Shown piece by piece: positions 38,045-47,695 of a stretch of 47,695 bases of DNA. How positions within the stretch are numbered: the first letter of the stretch is position 1; every line of letters starts with the position of its first letter. This stretch comes from Candidatus Aenigmatarchaeota archaeon (lineage in GTDB: Archaea; Aenigmatarchaeota; Aenigmatarchaeia; CG10238-14; SCSR01), in contig JABABT010000006.1 in assembly GCA_014238095.1 (NCBI GenBank), positions 1-47,695 on the forward strand, written 5' to 3'. The position numbers and the translations under genes were made by a program. The notes below the pieces were generated by a model, which saw nothing but the letters and a program-made list of their open reading frames with translations, searched no databases and was not told where the DNA came from.

Positions 38045-38326
38045 TTAGCGCATATGTTTCTTTCTTACAGAAACTCCTGGTCTTGTAATTCCTCTATGTC
38101 TTGCACATGAAGGACATGCTCTCATTTTTCTACTAAGCATATTAATCATTCTTTTATCTACTTGTTGTAATATTCCAGGATCATTTATTCTAAATCCACG
38201 AACTACTGGAAATGTTTTATATTTAGGGACAGTTTTATGACAGAAATCACATCTTACTGTTGATTCTGATCCACGAGATTTTGTATGGAGATATTTTCTT
38301 GTATATGGTGCTGTACTTATTGGCAT
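38045..38326 (-). CDS. rps26e: 30S ribosomal protein eS26
   Basis: RG....V.CD.C...VP..K and C.SCA.HRGI zinc motifs. Start taken at ATG 38326. Confidence 0.8.
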   Translation of the reverse strand: MPISTAPYTRKYLHTKSRGSESTVRCDFCHKTVPKYKTFPVVRGFRINDPGILQQVDKRMINMLSRKMRACPSCARHRGITRPGVSVRKKHMR

Positions 38327-38405
38327 AAAAATCACATTATTATTGTTGAAATATATTATATTTTGATAGTATAAAGGTTTTTTATATTAATAATATAATT
38401 ATTTT

Positions 38406-38627
38406 TGAAGAGCTGGTTGGGTAGTTTCGCTTTTATATCAAATAAAAGTGAGGAAGTTCCGTCCACTAGACAACAACCATAATGGTCAATGGAGACATTG
38501 ATATCAATAACAGAAACGATACCTTTAATGAGGATGAAACGGATTGATAAGTTGGATGAGGTGCAAGCATAAGCGCTAAGATAAATACTACCTTAAAAAC
38601 ATAAGATGGGCTACAACCAGCACTTCA
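38406..38627 (+). ncRNA. rnpB: RNase P RNA, compact form
   Basis: P1 GCTGGTTG/CAACCAGC, P2 GGTAGT/ACTACC, P3 hairpin, CR-I GAGGAAGTTCC, CR-II ACAGAAA, CR-III TGAAAC, CR-V AAACATAAGATGGGCTAC. Confidence 0.88.
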
Positions 38628-38765
38628 TTAATTATAATTTATTTTATGAAGTTTTGTTTATTTTTTAAAAATTATTCATTATATTTAAAAATTAGTTAAT
38701 TTATTGATTTATTAAACAATTATTTTATGAAAAAACTTTAAATATTTTCATTAGGTATTAAAATA

Positions 38766-38933
38766 ATGCCAAAAGAAGAAAAAAGTTACATGCCGTCTGG
38801 AATTGGTGGATTAATGAGATTTGGTGAAGAAGAAGAACCTTTAGTAAAAATTACACCAAAACATGTTATTTATTTGATAAGTAGTGTTGTTTTTATTGAA
38901 ATTTTAATAAAAGTAATAACAAGATTAATTTAG
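38766..38933 (+). CDS. Preprotein translocase Sec61beta subunit
   Basis: Not in the ORF track. MPKEEKSYMPSGIGGLMRFGEEEEPLVKITPKHVIYLISSVVFIEILIKVITRLI carries GL.RF.EE...K..P plus one TM helix. Confidence 0.88.
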   Translation: MPKEEKSYMPSGIGGLMRFGEEEEPLVKITPKHVIYLISSVVFIEILIKVITRLI

Positions 38934-38966
38934 TTTCTTTTATAAAATAAAATGTAATAATTATAT

Positions 38967-39791
38967 ATGAAAATTTTCTTAGGTACATCAGGTATACCAT
39001 TATCATGTAAAAAACGAAATACAATAGAAGGTATTAAAAGAATAAAAAAAATTGGATTAAATGCAATGGAATTAGCATTTGTTCATAATATTTATGTAAA
39101 AAAAGATTTAGCTGAAGAAATTGGACAAATAGCAAAAGAGAATCAAGTTAGATTATCAATACATGCTCCTTTTTATATTAATTTAGCATCAGAAAAAAAA
39201 CAGGTTATTGGAGCTTCAAGACAAAGAATTTATGATACTGCTGATAGAGCAGAAAGAATGGGTGCAGATACAATTGCAATACATTCTGCTTATTATGGAA
39301 AAAATGATAAAGAAAATGTTTATGAAATTGTTAAAAATCAATTTTTAAAAATTTTAGATAAAATGAAAGAAAATGGAATAAATGTTAATTTAGGTGTTGA
39401 AACAATGGCTAAAGAAAGTCAATTTGGAACTTTAGATGAAGTTATAAAATTACATAAAGAAGTAAAAATGATTACTCCTTATATTGATTGGGCTCATTTA
39501 TTTATAAGAAATAAAGGAAATATTGATTATAATGAAATTTTAACTAAATTAAAAAAAACTAAAATAAAACATATAAATTCTCATTTTGAAGGTGTTAAAA
39601 AAAATAAGAAAGGTTATTGGGTAGATATTCATGATTCAATTAAAAATCCTCCATTTGAACCATTAGTTAAAGAAATTTTGAAGAAAAAAATAGATATAAC
39701 AATAATATCAGAATCACCAATTTTAGAAAAAGACAGTTTGAAAATGAAAAAATATATTGAAAAAAATGGTTATAAATTTAATTATTCATGA
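38967..39791 (+). CDS. Endonuclease IV-like TIM-barrel protein
   Basis: SIHAPFYINL, ETMAK..QFG, IDWAH, H.H, ISESP. Confidence 0.85.
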   Translation: MKIFLGTSGIPLSCKKRNTIEGIKRIKKIGLNAMELAFVHNIYVKKDLAEEIGQIAKENQVRLSIHAPFYINLASEKKQVIGASRQRIYDTADRAERMGADTIAIHSAYYGKNDKENVYEIVKNQFLKILDKMKENGINVNLGVETMAKESQFGTLDEVIKLHKEVKMITPYIDWAHLFIRNKGNIDYNEILTKLKKTKIKHINSHFEGVKKNKKGYWVDIHDSIKNPPFEPLVKEILKKKIDITIISESPILEKDSLKMKKYIEKNGYKFNYS

Positions 39792-40030
39792 ATTTCAATA
39801 ACTTTAATACAATTATTAACAGGACAAACTTCTTCAGCATCTTTAAATTTAGAATATTGATCTTCTGTTAAAATCATTTCAAAAACTTCATGATCTATTT
39901 TTTTACCATTAATTAAATTAGCTTTTCCATCGTCTGAATCTATTTCAAATCCTTCTGGAGTTGATTCTACACATGCTGCTGCACCTATACAAAGTTTTCT
40001 ATCATAAATTACTTTATATTTTTTTACCAT
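39782..40030 (-). CDS. Single-cluster ferredoxin, probably 3Fe-4S
   Basis: CIGAAAC...CPV, with the second Cys replaced by Ala. ATG 40030 overlaps the upstream TAA. Confidence 0.85.
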   Translation of the reverse strand: MVKKYKVIYDRKLCIGAAACVESTPEGFEIDSDDGKANLINGKKIDHEVFEMILTEDQYSKFKDAEEVCPVNNCIKVIEIHE

Positions 40031-40137
40031 TAACAACAACCTTCATAATATCCACATTTACATCTAGAATATTTTTTACTTCCTGCTATATTTAACATAT
40101 CATTATTACATTGTGGACATTTTATTATTTTTTTCAT
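40030..40137 (-). CDS. 35-aa Cys-rich zinc-ribbon microprotein
   Basis: Not in the ORF track. MKKIIKCPQCNNDMLNIAGSKKYSRCKCGYYEGCC; TAATG coupling to the ferredoxin. Confidence 0.7.
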   Translation of the reverse strand: MKKIIKCPQCNNDMLNIAGSKKYSRCKCGYYEGCC

Positions 40138-40366
40138 AATTATATATAATTCAATATTTTCCCAAAATATTATAGAAAAAATAGAAATAAATTTTCCATA
40201 TAAATATATATTTTTTATATTATATAAATTAATATGTTTAATAAATCAATAATAAATATAAATTAGTTTAAAATTTTTATGAAATAAATAATATAAATTA
40301 AAATAAAAAATTAGAAAATAATAGGAAGTGTATAGACAAAAATTATTTAAGAAAAAAATATAAAAT

Positions 40367-40389
40367 TATATTTCATATATTGAAATATA
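40367..40389. promoter_or_regulatory. Possible operator palindrome upstream of sufC
   Basis: TATATTTCA-N5-TGAAATATA about 45 nt before the ATG. The AT-rich context weakens it. Confidence 0.3.
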
Positions 40390-40434
40390 TAACATATTAC
40401 TAATATATTTATTAATAGAAAATCCATTTTTTTA

Positions 40435-41172
40435 ATGTTAGAAATAAAAAATTTATATGTTTCAATAAATGATAAGCCAATTTTGAAAGGAGTTAATTTA
40501 AAGATAGAAAAAGGAGAAATACATGCATTAATGGGTCCAAATGGTAGTGGAAAAAGTACTTTATCTTTTGTTTTAATGGGTCATCCTAAATACAAAATTA
40601 CTAAAGGTGAAATATTTTTTGAAGGTAAAAATATAACTGAAATAAATCCAGATGAAAGAGCAAGATTGGGTATGTTTCTTTGTTTTCAATATCCAACAGA
40701 AATACAAGGAGTAAGTTTATTTAATTTTCTTAAAACATCTTACAATTCAATTAATAATGAAAAAATATCGTCAATGGAATTTAGAGAAATAATGAAAGAT
40801 AAAATGAAACTTCTTGGAGTTGAACAAAAATTTATAGAAAGATATCTAAATGAAGGATTTTCAGGAGGGGAGAAAAAACGTGGAGAAATACTTCAAATGG
40901 CTGTTTTAAATCCAAAAATTTCAATTTTAGATGAAACTGATTCTGGTCTTGATATAGATTCTTTAAAAATAGTTTCAAATGGGATAAATAAAGTATCTAA
41001 TTCTGAAAATAGTATATTACTTATAACACATTATAAAAGAATATTAAAATATATTAAACCAAAATTTGTTCATGTTATGATTGATGGTAAAATTGTTTTA
41101 TCTGGTGATGAAAAATTAGCAGATGAATTAGAAGAAAATGGATATAATTTTTTAAAAGAAAAGGTGAAATAA
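40435..41172 (+). CDS. sufC: Fe-S assembly ATPase SufC
   Basis: [29 protein letters not shown]. Confidence 0.97.
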   Translation: MLEIKNLYVSINDKPILKGVNLKIEKGEIHALMGPNGSGKSTLSFVLMGHPKYKITKGEIFFEGKNITEINPDERARLGMFLCFQYPTEIQGVSLFNFLKTSYNSINNEKISSMEFREIMKDKMKLLGVEQKFIERYLNEGFSGGEKKRGEILQMAVLNPKISILDETDSGLDIDSLKIVSNGINKVSNSENSILLITHYKRILKYIKPKFVHVMIDGKIVLSGDEKLADELEENGYNFLKEKVK

Positions 41173-42585
41173 TTGAATAATTGTACAGTTAATATAAATA
41201 ATAATTATGAAGAAAAATATGGATGGAATGTAAAAATTGATTCAATAAATGAAACAAATATAGGTTTATCAGAAAATACAATAAATGAAATATCTAAAAT
41301 TAAAAATGAAAATAAAGAAAATAAATGGATTAATGAATTTAGACTTAAATCTTTAAAACATTTTCAGGAAAGAAAAATGCCTACATGGGGAGGAAATCTT
41401 TCAAATATAAATTTTAATAATATAATTTATTATAAGAAATTTGTTGATAAGAAAGATAATTGGAATAAATTACCAATTAAAATAAAAGAAACTTTTGATA
41501 AATTAGGAATACCAGAAGCAGAAAAAAATATTTTAGCAGGAACTAGTGCACAATTTGATTCTGAAATTGTTTATCATAAAATAAGAGAAGATTTAAAAAA
41601 ACAAGGAGTAATTTTCGTTGATCCAGATGAAGGATTACAAAAATATCCTCATATATTTAAAAAATATTTTGGTACAGTAGTTCCTTATAGTGACAATAAA
41701 TTTGCTGCATTAAATTCAGCTGTTTTTAGTGGTGGAAGTTTTATTTATATACCAAAAAATGTTGAAGTTAAAATGCCTTTACAAGCATATTTTAGAATTA
41801 ATTCTGAAAATATAGGACAATTTGAAAGAACATTAATTATAGCAGACGAAGGAAGTAAAGTACATTATATAGAAGGATGTACAGCATCAGTTTATTCTAA
41901 AGATTCATTACATTCTGCTATTGTGGAAATTATAGCATTACCTAACTCACATGTAAGATATACAACATTACAAAATTGGTCAAAAAATGTTTATAATCTT
42001 GTAACAAAACGTGCAGTTGCTTATGAAAATGCTATAGTTGAATGGGTTGATGCAAATATTGGAAGTAGTTTAACAATGAAATATCCTTCTGTTATTATGA
42101 AAGGAGAAGGTGCAAAAGCTGATATACTTTCTGTTGCTTTTGCAGGTAAAAATCAACATCAAGATACTGGAGCAAAAGTGATACATTTAGCTTCAAATAC
42201 TACTTCTAAAATAACAGCTAAATCTGTAAGTAAAGATGGTGGAAAAACAACTTATCGTGGAAAATTATATGTTCCTAAAAAATCTGATAATGTGAAATCA
42301 AGTGTAAGATGTGATGCATTATTATTAGATGAAATATCAAAAACAGATACATATCCTTACAATAATATAGAAAATAATAATGCGGTAATAACACATGAAG
42401 CTACTGTTGGAAAAATTGGTGAAGAAGAATTATTTTATCTTAGGTCTAGAGGATTAACAGAAGAAATGGCCTTAAATATGATAGTAACAGGGTTTTTTGA
42501 TGTATTTGCAAAAGAAATTCCATTAGAATATGCTATTGAATTTAATAGACTTATTCAATTAGAAATGATAGGGGCAGTTGGATAA
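41173..42585 (+). CDS. sufB: Fe-S assembly scaffold SufB
   Basis: FSGGSF, LQAYFRIN, GQFERTLI, YIEGCTA, HEAT; TTG start after AGGTGA. Confidence 0.97.
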   Translation: MNNCTVNINNNYEEKYGWNVKIDSINETNIGLSENTINEISKIKNENKENKWINEFRLKSLKHFQERKMPTWGGNLSNINFNNIIYYKKFVDKKDNWNKLPIKIKETFDKLGIPEAEKNILAGTSAQFDSEIVYHKIREDLKKQGVIFVDPDEGLQKYPHIFKKYFGTVVPYSDNKFAALNSAVFSGGSFIYIPKNVEVKMPLQAYFRINSENIGQFERTLIIADEGSKVHYIEGCTASVYSKDSLHSAIVEIIALPNSHVRYTTLQNWSKNVYNLVTKRAVAYENAIVEWVDANIGSSLTMKYPSVIMKGEGAKADILSVAFAGKNQHQDTGAKVIHLASNTTSKITAKSVSKDGGKTTYRGKLYVPKKSDNVKSSVRCDALLLDEISKTDTYPYNNIENNNAVITHEATVGKIGEEELFYLRSRGLTEEMALNMIVTGFFDVFAKEIPLEYAIEFNRLIQLEMIGAVG

Positions 42586-43787
42586 TGAAATTAAATATTT
42601 TCAAAGAAGAATCAAAAGAAAAATTTGATAAAATGGAAGCTGAAGTATCAGAAATTTTCAAATATGAAACATTTTTTAATAGATTTGAAAAAGAAAATTA
42701 TAAAGAAAATATTTCAGATAATTTTGAATATAATATAATAGAAAAATCTGATGGAATATCAATAAAATCAATTAATAATTATAAATTAGATAATATATTA
42801 AAAAATTTTGATATAGAAGATAAATTTGTTCAAATGAATAATGCATTTTTTACTTCAGGTTCTGTTATTGAAGTTCCAGATAATTTTAAAGATGGTAAAT
42901 TAAAAATAAAATCAGAAATTTCTAAAAATATTTTTTCTAAAACAATAATTTTAGTTGGAGAATCAAGTAATTTAAAAATAATTAAAGAATCTTATTCAAA
43001 AAATGAAAATTCTAATTTAATAAATGAAGATTTTCTTATTTTATCAAAACCATCATCAAATATCATTTTTTCTGAAATACAATATTATAATAAAGATTCA
43101 ATTTATATTTCAAATAAAATATCAAAATGTGAAGAAAATAGTAAAATTGTATGGAATATTGGATTATTTGGATGTAAAATGAATAGAAATAGAACATATA
43201 ATTTTATGAAAAAAAATAATTCTACAATAAATGATTTTCAATTAGTATTTGGTAATAATAATCAAAAATTTGATATGTTTTCTAATTTAATTCATATTGG
43301 AAAATCAACAAATGGAAAATCTTTAACAAGAGGAGTATTAAAAGATAATTCCAAATCAATTTTTAAAGGAATGATAGAAATAAAAGAAAATGCTAAAAAT
43401 TCTAATTCTTATTTATCATCTGATGGTATGTTAATTAATGAAAATTCTAAAATTAGTGCTATACCTGGACTTAAAATTTATACAAATGATGTTAAAGCAA
43501 CACATTCAACATCTGTATCGCCTATAGATAAAGAAAAGATATTTTATTTTTTATCTAGAGGAATTAAAAAAGATGAAGCAGTAAAAACAATTATTTTAGG
43601 TTATTTTGATTCTTTAATTAAAAATATATCTTCTAAAGAAATTAGATCTAAAATGAAATATTTAATTGAATATAAATGGAATGGAAAATATGTAAAATCA
43701 TTTGATAAAAAAGTATTAGAAGAATTTATAACTGAAGATTCTATTAAAAGTGGAAATATATTTGAAGGACATTACAAATATAGGTGA
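42585..43787 (+). CDS. sufD: Fe-S assembly protein SufD
   Basis: Beta-helix, PGL.I..NDVKATH, FY..SRGI; position in the operon. Confidence 0.9.
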   Translation: MKLNIFKEESKEKFDKMEAEVSEIFKYETFFNRFEKENYKENISDNFEYNIIEKSDGISIKSINNYKLDNILKNFDIEDKFVQMNNAFFTSGSVIEVPDNFKDGKLKIKSEISKNIFSKTIILVGESSNLKIIKESYSKNENSNLINEDFLILSKPSSNIIFSEIQYYNKDSIYISNKISKCEENSKIVWNIGLFGCKMNRNRTYNFMKKNNSTINDFQLVFGNNNQKFDMFSNLIHIGKSTNGKSLTRGVLKDNSKSIFKGMIEIKENAKNSNSYLSSDGMLINENSKISAIPGLKIYTNDVKATHSTSVSPIDKEKIFYFLSRGIKKDEAVKTIILGYFDSLIKNISSKEIRSKMKYLIEYKWNGKYVKSFDKKVLEEFITEDSIKSGNIFEGHYKYR

Positions 43788-43791
43788 TTAT

Positions 43792-44979
43792 TTGTCATTA
43801 AATGTATCAAAAATAAAAAAAGATTTTCCAATATTAAAAAGAAAAATTAATGGTAATAAATTTATTTATTTAGATTCTGCTTCAACTTCTCAAAAACCAA
43901 TTCAAGTTATTAATTCTATTAAAAATTTTTATGAAAAAAATAATTCAAATGTACATAGATCAATATACAAAACATCTGAAGAGTCAACTAAAATGTTTGA
44001 ATTAACTAGATTTAAAATAAAAAAATTTCTAGATGCAGAAGATTATGAAATAATATTTACTAAAAATTGTACAGAAGCAATTAATTTAGTAGTAAATGGT
44101 TGGGTTAAAAAAAATATTCCAAAAGGTAAAATTTTATCTAGTGTAATGGAACATCATTCAAATATAGTACCATGGTTTTCTTTAAAAAATCCTATAAAAT
44201 TTTTAGATGTAAATAATTATGGTGAATTAAATTTTAATATAGATAATAATATAAAAATGGTTTCATTAACACATGTTTCAAATGTTTTAGGGACAATAAA
44301 TAATGTAAAAGAAATATCTGAAAAATGTTATGAAAATGGATCTTATTTTATGTTAGATGGTGCTCAATCTACACCACATATGAAAATAAGTTTAAAGAAA
44401 ATAAATTGTGATTTTTTTACATTTTCAGGACATAAAATGTTATCTCCTACAGGTGTGGGTGTTTTAGCTGTTAAAAAAGAACTTACAGAAAAAATGAATC
44501 CAATTTTATTTGGTAGTGATATGATAAAAGAAGTTAATTTAGAAAATTTTACTGTTGCAGATTCTCCATATAAATTTGAAGCTGGAACTCCAAATATAGA
44601 AAGTGTTATAGGACTTTCTTCTGCTATAGACTATTTAGAAAAAATTGGAATGAGAAATATAGAAAAACATACTAAAAAAATCACAAAATATGCTTTTGAA
44701 CAATTACAAAAAATAAAAAATATAAAAATTTATGGTCCTAAAAAAAGAATTGGATTAATTTCATTCAATTTGAAAAATATACATTCTCATGATGTAGCAA
44801 GTATAATAAATGAATATGGTATTGCTATAAGATCTGGTCATCATTGTGCACAACCACTTATGAAAAGATTTAATGTATCATCTATGTCACGTGCTAGTTT
44901 TTATTTGTATAATGATGAATATGATGTTGATTCACTTATTAATAGTTTAAATAAAGTGTATGGAGTTTTTAAATTATGA
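43792..44979 (+). CDS. sufS: Cysteine desulfurase SufS
   Basis: YLDSASTSQKP, EHHSN, SGHKM, EAGTP, RSGHHCAQP. Start moved to TTG 43792 after GGTGA. Confidence 0.95.
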   Translation: MSLNVSKIKKDFPILKRKINGNKFIYLDSASTSQKPIQVINSIKNFYEKNNSNVHRSIYKTSEESTKMFELTRFKIKKFLDAEDYEIIFTKNCTEAINLVVNGWVKKNIPKGKILSSVMEHHSNIVPWFSLKNPIKFLDVNNYGELNFNIDNNIKMVSLTHVSNVLGTINNVKEISEKCYENGSYFMLDGAQSTPHMKISLKKINCDFFTFSGHKMLSPTGVGVLAVKKELTEKMNPILFGSDMIKEVNLENFTVADSPYKFEAGTPNIESVIGLSSAIDYLEKIGMRNIEKHTKKITKYAFEQLQKIKNIKIYGPKKRIGLISFNLKNIHSHDVASIINEYGIAIRSGHHCAQPLMKRFNVSSMSRASFYLYNDEYDVDSLINSLNKVYGVFKL

Positions 44980-45350
44980 GTCTTGATATGTATGCAGAAG
45001 AAATACTTGATCATTATAGAAATCCTAAAAATTTTGGTGAAATGAAAAATCCTGATTATGAATATGAAGAATTAAATCCAATTTGTGGAGATAAATATAA
45101 ATTTCAGATTAAAGTTGAAAATAATATAATTAAAAGTGTAAAATTTAATGGAGATGGTTGTGCTATAAGTATGGCATCCTGTTCAATATTATCAGAATTT
45201 ATTAAAGAAATGGAATTATCTAAAATAAAAAAAATTCAAATAGATGAACTTTTAAAATTATTAAAAATTAATGTAAGTTTAGCTAGAATGAAATGTGTAA
45301 CATTATCTTTAAATATAATAAAAAAATTAAATATCAATAATGATTTGTGA
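44976..45350 (+). CDS. sufU: SufU/IscU-family protein
   Basis: ILDHY.NP.N.G, NP.CGD, GCAIS.AS, R.KC. Confidence 0.92.
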   Translation: MSLDMYAEEILDHYRNPKNFGEMKNPDYEYEELNPICGDKYKFQIKVENNIIKSVKFNGDGCAISMASCSILSEFIKEMELSKIKKIQIDELLKLLKINVSLARMKCVTLSLNIIKKLNINNDL

Positions 45351-45752
45351 TTTCCAACCATCTTCATATTTTTTTACAGAAAACCTATGAAAAGTAATTG
45401 CTTTTACATCAACTATAAGATTATGTTTTTTCATATCTAATTCTTCTCCTAAAGCTAAACAATGAAGTTCATTTTTATTTTCATCAATTTTAATAGAAAA
45501 TTTACTAAATAATATATTTTCAGAATCTTTATAAAAAATAATTTCTTGTAAAAAATTAAAGAGTAAATTATCAATATTATCTGATTTTATAATTATTTCT
45601 TTTTTTATTTTTTGTTTAATAGTATTTAATTTTTCAACCATAGTATTAACAACAGCAAATGCAGATGATTCAAACATTTCTTCTAATGTTTTACCATAAG
45701 CTTCAAATGCTATATCAGCAATTGCAACATCTTCAAAAAATTTATATGACAT
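45327..45752 (-). CDS. Archease (RtcB cofactor)
   Basis: AD...EAYG.TLEE.F, VKAITFH, C-terminal DI. Confidence 0.9.
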   Translation of the reverse strand: MSYKFFEDVAIADIAFEAYGKTLEEMFESSAFAVVNTMVEKLNTIKQKIKKEIIIKSDNIDNLLFNFLQEIIFYKDSENILFSKFSIKIDENKNELHCLALGEELDMKKHNLIVDVKAITFHRFSVKKYEDGWKSQIIIDI

Positions 45753-45753
45753 A

Positions 45754-46647
45754 TTAATAAGTTATATTACAATTATTTAATTGTTTAATAATATCATATT
45801 TTAATTTATTTATTTTTTCTCCAATAAAAATTAATTCAGTTTTTCTAAATTCATCTGTTTTTGTAAATTCATATCTTTTGTTTACATAATTAATGAAATA
45901 AGAACTATTTTTGAATTTAACATATCCTTTTAAACGATATATTTCTTTAGGTAATTTAATAATAAATTCTGTAAAATATGATCTATTAAATGTTCTTTCA
46001 GATTCATATTTTATAGTTTCTATAAATTTAGGTTCATGAATAGTATTTTTCTTTTCAATATTTCTTTCAAAACCAATTAAAAATAAATCTGTTGGATTAA
46101 CATTAGAATATGTTGTTTTTATTATTTTTGCTTTTGGATTCATTTTTGAAATAATTTCAGTAATTTTAGGAATATCTTCAATAGTTACAATATCTAATTT
46201 ATTTAATATCATTATATCAGCACCTGTTATTTGTAGTTGTCCTGTATGGCCTATTTTTGGATATTTTATAAAAGCTTCCGCATCAATTATAGTAATTACA
46301 GAATCAAGATATACATCTTTAATATCATCAATATTAGTTATCATAGAATCTGGTTCTGCAATTCCAGTAGTTTCAACAATAATCATTTCTGGTTTTACTT
46401 TTTCTAATATTTCATATATAGCGGCTTCAAATTCCCCATTTAAAGAACAACAAACACAACCATTTAATAATTCTTTTATTTCTATATTATTTCCTTTAAT
46501 TAAATTTGAATCAAATCCTATTTCTCCAAATTCATTCATTAATATAGCTACTTTACCGTTTATCTTACCAATAATATTTTTTAATAAAGTAGTTTTACCA
46601 GAACCAAGATATCCTGTAATAATTTCTACTGGAACCCCTTTTTTCAT
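45754..46647 (-). CDS. COG0523/CobW-family metallochaperone GTPase
   Basis: GYLGSGKT, NEFGE, GCVCC, ETTG, NKLD, RLKG. Confidence 0.92.
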   Translation of the reverse strand: MKKGVPVEIITGYLGSGKTTLLKNIIGKINGKVAILMNEFGEIGFDSNLIKGNNIEIKELLNGCVCCSLNGEFEAAIYEILEKVKPEMIIVETTGIAEPDSMITNIDDIKDVYLDSVITIIDAEAFIKYPKIGHTGQLQITGADIMILNKLDIVTIEDIPKITEIISKMNPKAKIIKTTYSNVNPTDLFLIGFERNIEKKNTIHEPKFIETIKYESERTFNRSYFTEFIIKLPKEIYRLKGYVKFKNSSYFINYVNKRYEFTKTDEFRKTELIFIGEKINKLKYDIIKQLNNCNITY

Positions 46648-46688
46648 TATAATATATTATTTATTTAAGTAAAAGTATTTATTATTTA

Positions 46689-47159
46689 ATGATTTTACAA
46701 AAGATTTTAAATTTTTGGGATAAATATGAACATCTAAATTTAAAAATAGCTCTAACTTTAATGGGATTACAAATAGTTCATTTATTTTGGCTTACAACAG
46801 ATGTTGTTATTCCAAGAATATTTGAAACTAATGCTTTATTTCCAGAATTTTTAATACCAGTTTTAATTTTTGTTGATTTTATTGAGATACCTGCTTTAAT
46901 TACTGGTGGAACATTTTATATTATAAGTACGCTAAGAAATAAATCTAATAGACCAAAAAACATTTTACTTTTTATTGCTTTAATAATACAAATAATTCAT
47001 ATATTTTGGATTACTGATGAATTTGTTGTAAAAGCACTTACAGGAACAACATTATTAATGTTCCCTTTATATTTTGCATGGATTGCAATATTAATTGATT
47101 ATTTAGAATTACCAGTTATTTTTGATTTATTAAATAGAACTATTAAAAAGAAATTATAA
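46689..47159 (+). CDS. Hypothetical membrane protein with an internal duplication
   Basis: Two halves: Q..HLFWLT.D.V...DFIEIP and Q..HIFWIT.E.V...DYLELP. Confidence 0.65.
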   Translation: MILQKILNFWDKYEHLNLKIALTLMGLQIVHLFWLTTDVVIPRIFETNALFPEFLIPVLIFVDFIEIPALITGGTFYIISTLRNKSNRPKNILLFIALIIQIIHIFWITDEFVVKALTGTTLLMFPLYFAWIAILIDYLELPVIFDLLNRTIKKKL

Positions 47160-47235
47160 TTATTATTGTATTTAATTTATAATTAAAATATAAATTAAAT
47201 GATAATTTATAATTTTATTCTTTAATTCATATAAT

Positions 47236-47454
47236 TCAATATTTTCTAAATATTCTTTTTCTAGGTGCTGATTTTCGAAGATTTATTAATGTAATAATAA
47301 AATTAATGACAATAAAGAAACCACCAATATAAAGAATTATTTTTTTCTCATTTGAAATATCAAAATCAAAAATAATTGGAGGTAAAAAATAACCAATAAT
47401 TAATAAAATTATTCCTATAATAGTTAAAAATATTATTGGAGGCATGAAAAACAT
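47236..47454 (-). CDS. Small 2-TM hypothetical protein
   Basis: Two hydrophobic segments and a basic tail. Confidence 0.5.
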   Translation of the reverse strand: MFFMPPIIFLTIIGIILLIIGYFLPPIIFDFDISNEKKIILYIGGFFIVINFIITLINLRKSAPRKRIFRKY

Positions 47455-47503
47455 ATAATTAATTATATTATTATAATATTTATGTTTATATAATATATAT
47501 TTT

Positions 47504-47695
47504 TTATTTAAATATTATATTAATTAATTTACTTTTCTTTATTTTTTTACTTAAAATTTTTAGTATAATTTTATCTTTTTCATCAAAGAATTTAATAATT
47601 TTTAATATTTTGAAATAAATAAATATTCCAATTAATCCAAAAATGAAACTAATTATTGTTCTAAATACTGATTGTGGAATAATATATTCTATAAT
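47504..47695 (-). CDS. C-terminal end of a membrane protein, possibly a flippase
   Basis: Open frame from the window edge: IIEYIIPQSVFRTIISFIFGLIGIFIYFKILKIIKFFDEKDKIILKIL...FK*. Confidence 0.4.
   Translation of the reverse strand: MIEYIIPQSVFRTIISFIFGLIGIFIYFKILKIIKFFDEKDKIILKILSKKIKKSKLINIIFK

Overview
Very AT-rich archaeal chromosomal segment. Gene content and reduction suggest a DPANN lineage (inference). Most of it is information-processing housekeeping: ValRS, aRF1, eS8, Lsm-eL37, an intron-containing tRNA-Lys(UUU), RFC, Smc-ScpAB, aIF2beta, an RPA-like protein, MCM, TBP, RNase HII, AspRS, Dph2, RpoL, eS26, RNase P RNA, Sec61beta and archease. It also holds a large type IV pilus locus (ATPase, two TadB/C-like proteins, about 8 pilin-like genes), a 1377-aa GLUG-repeat pilin-like adhesin, a complete sufCBDSU operon and a truncated tyrosine integrase at the left edge. 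Several small genes and RNAs missing from the ORF track were read directly from the sequence. The most unusual observations are: (1) an aRF1 with GGY in place of the catalytic GGQ; (2) a short-armed SMC in a tightly coupled gene run with a SAM methyltransferase and an ATP-cone/Mrr-type nuclease; (3) a tRNA-Lys intron carrying C/D-type boxes whose D+5 position falls on its own U34; (4) a K-turn hairpin ahead of the integrase; (5) 55 nt of exact identity between the two halves of TBP; (6) a pilin gene split by one in-frame TAA. All product calls come from motif recognition, not database searches.
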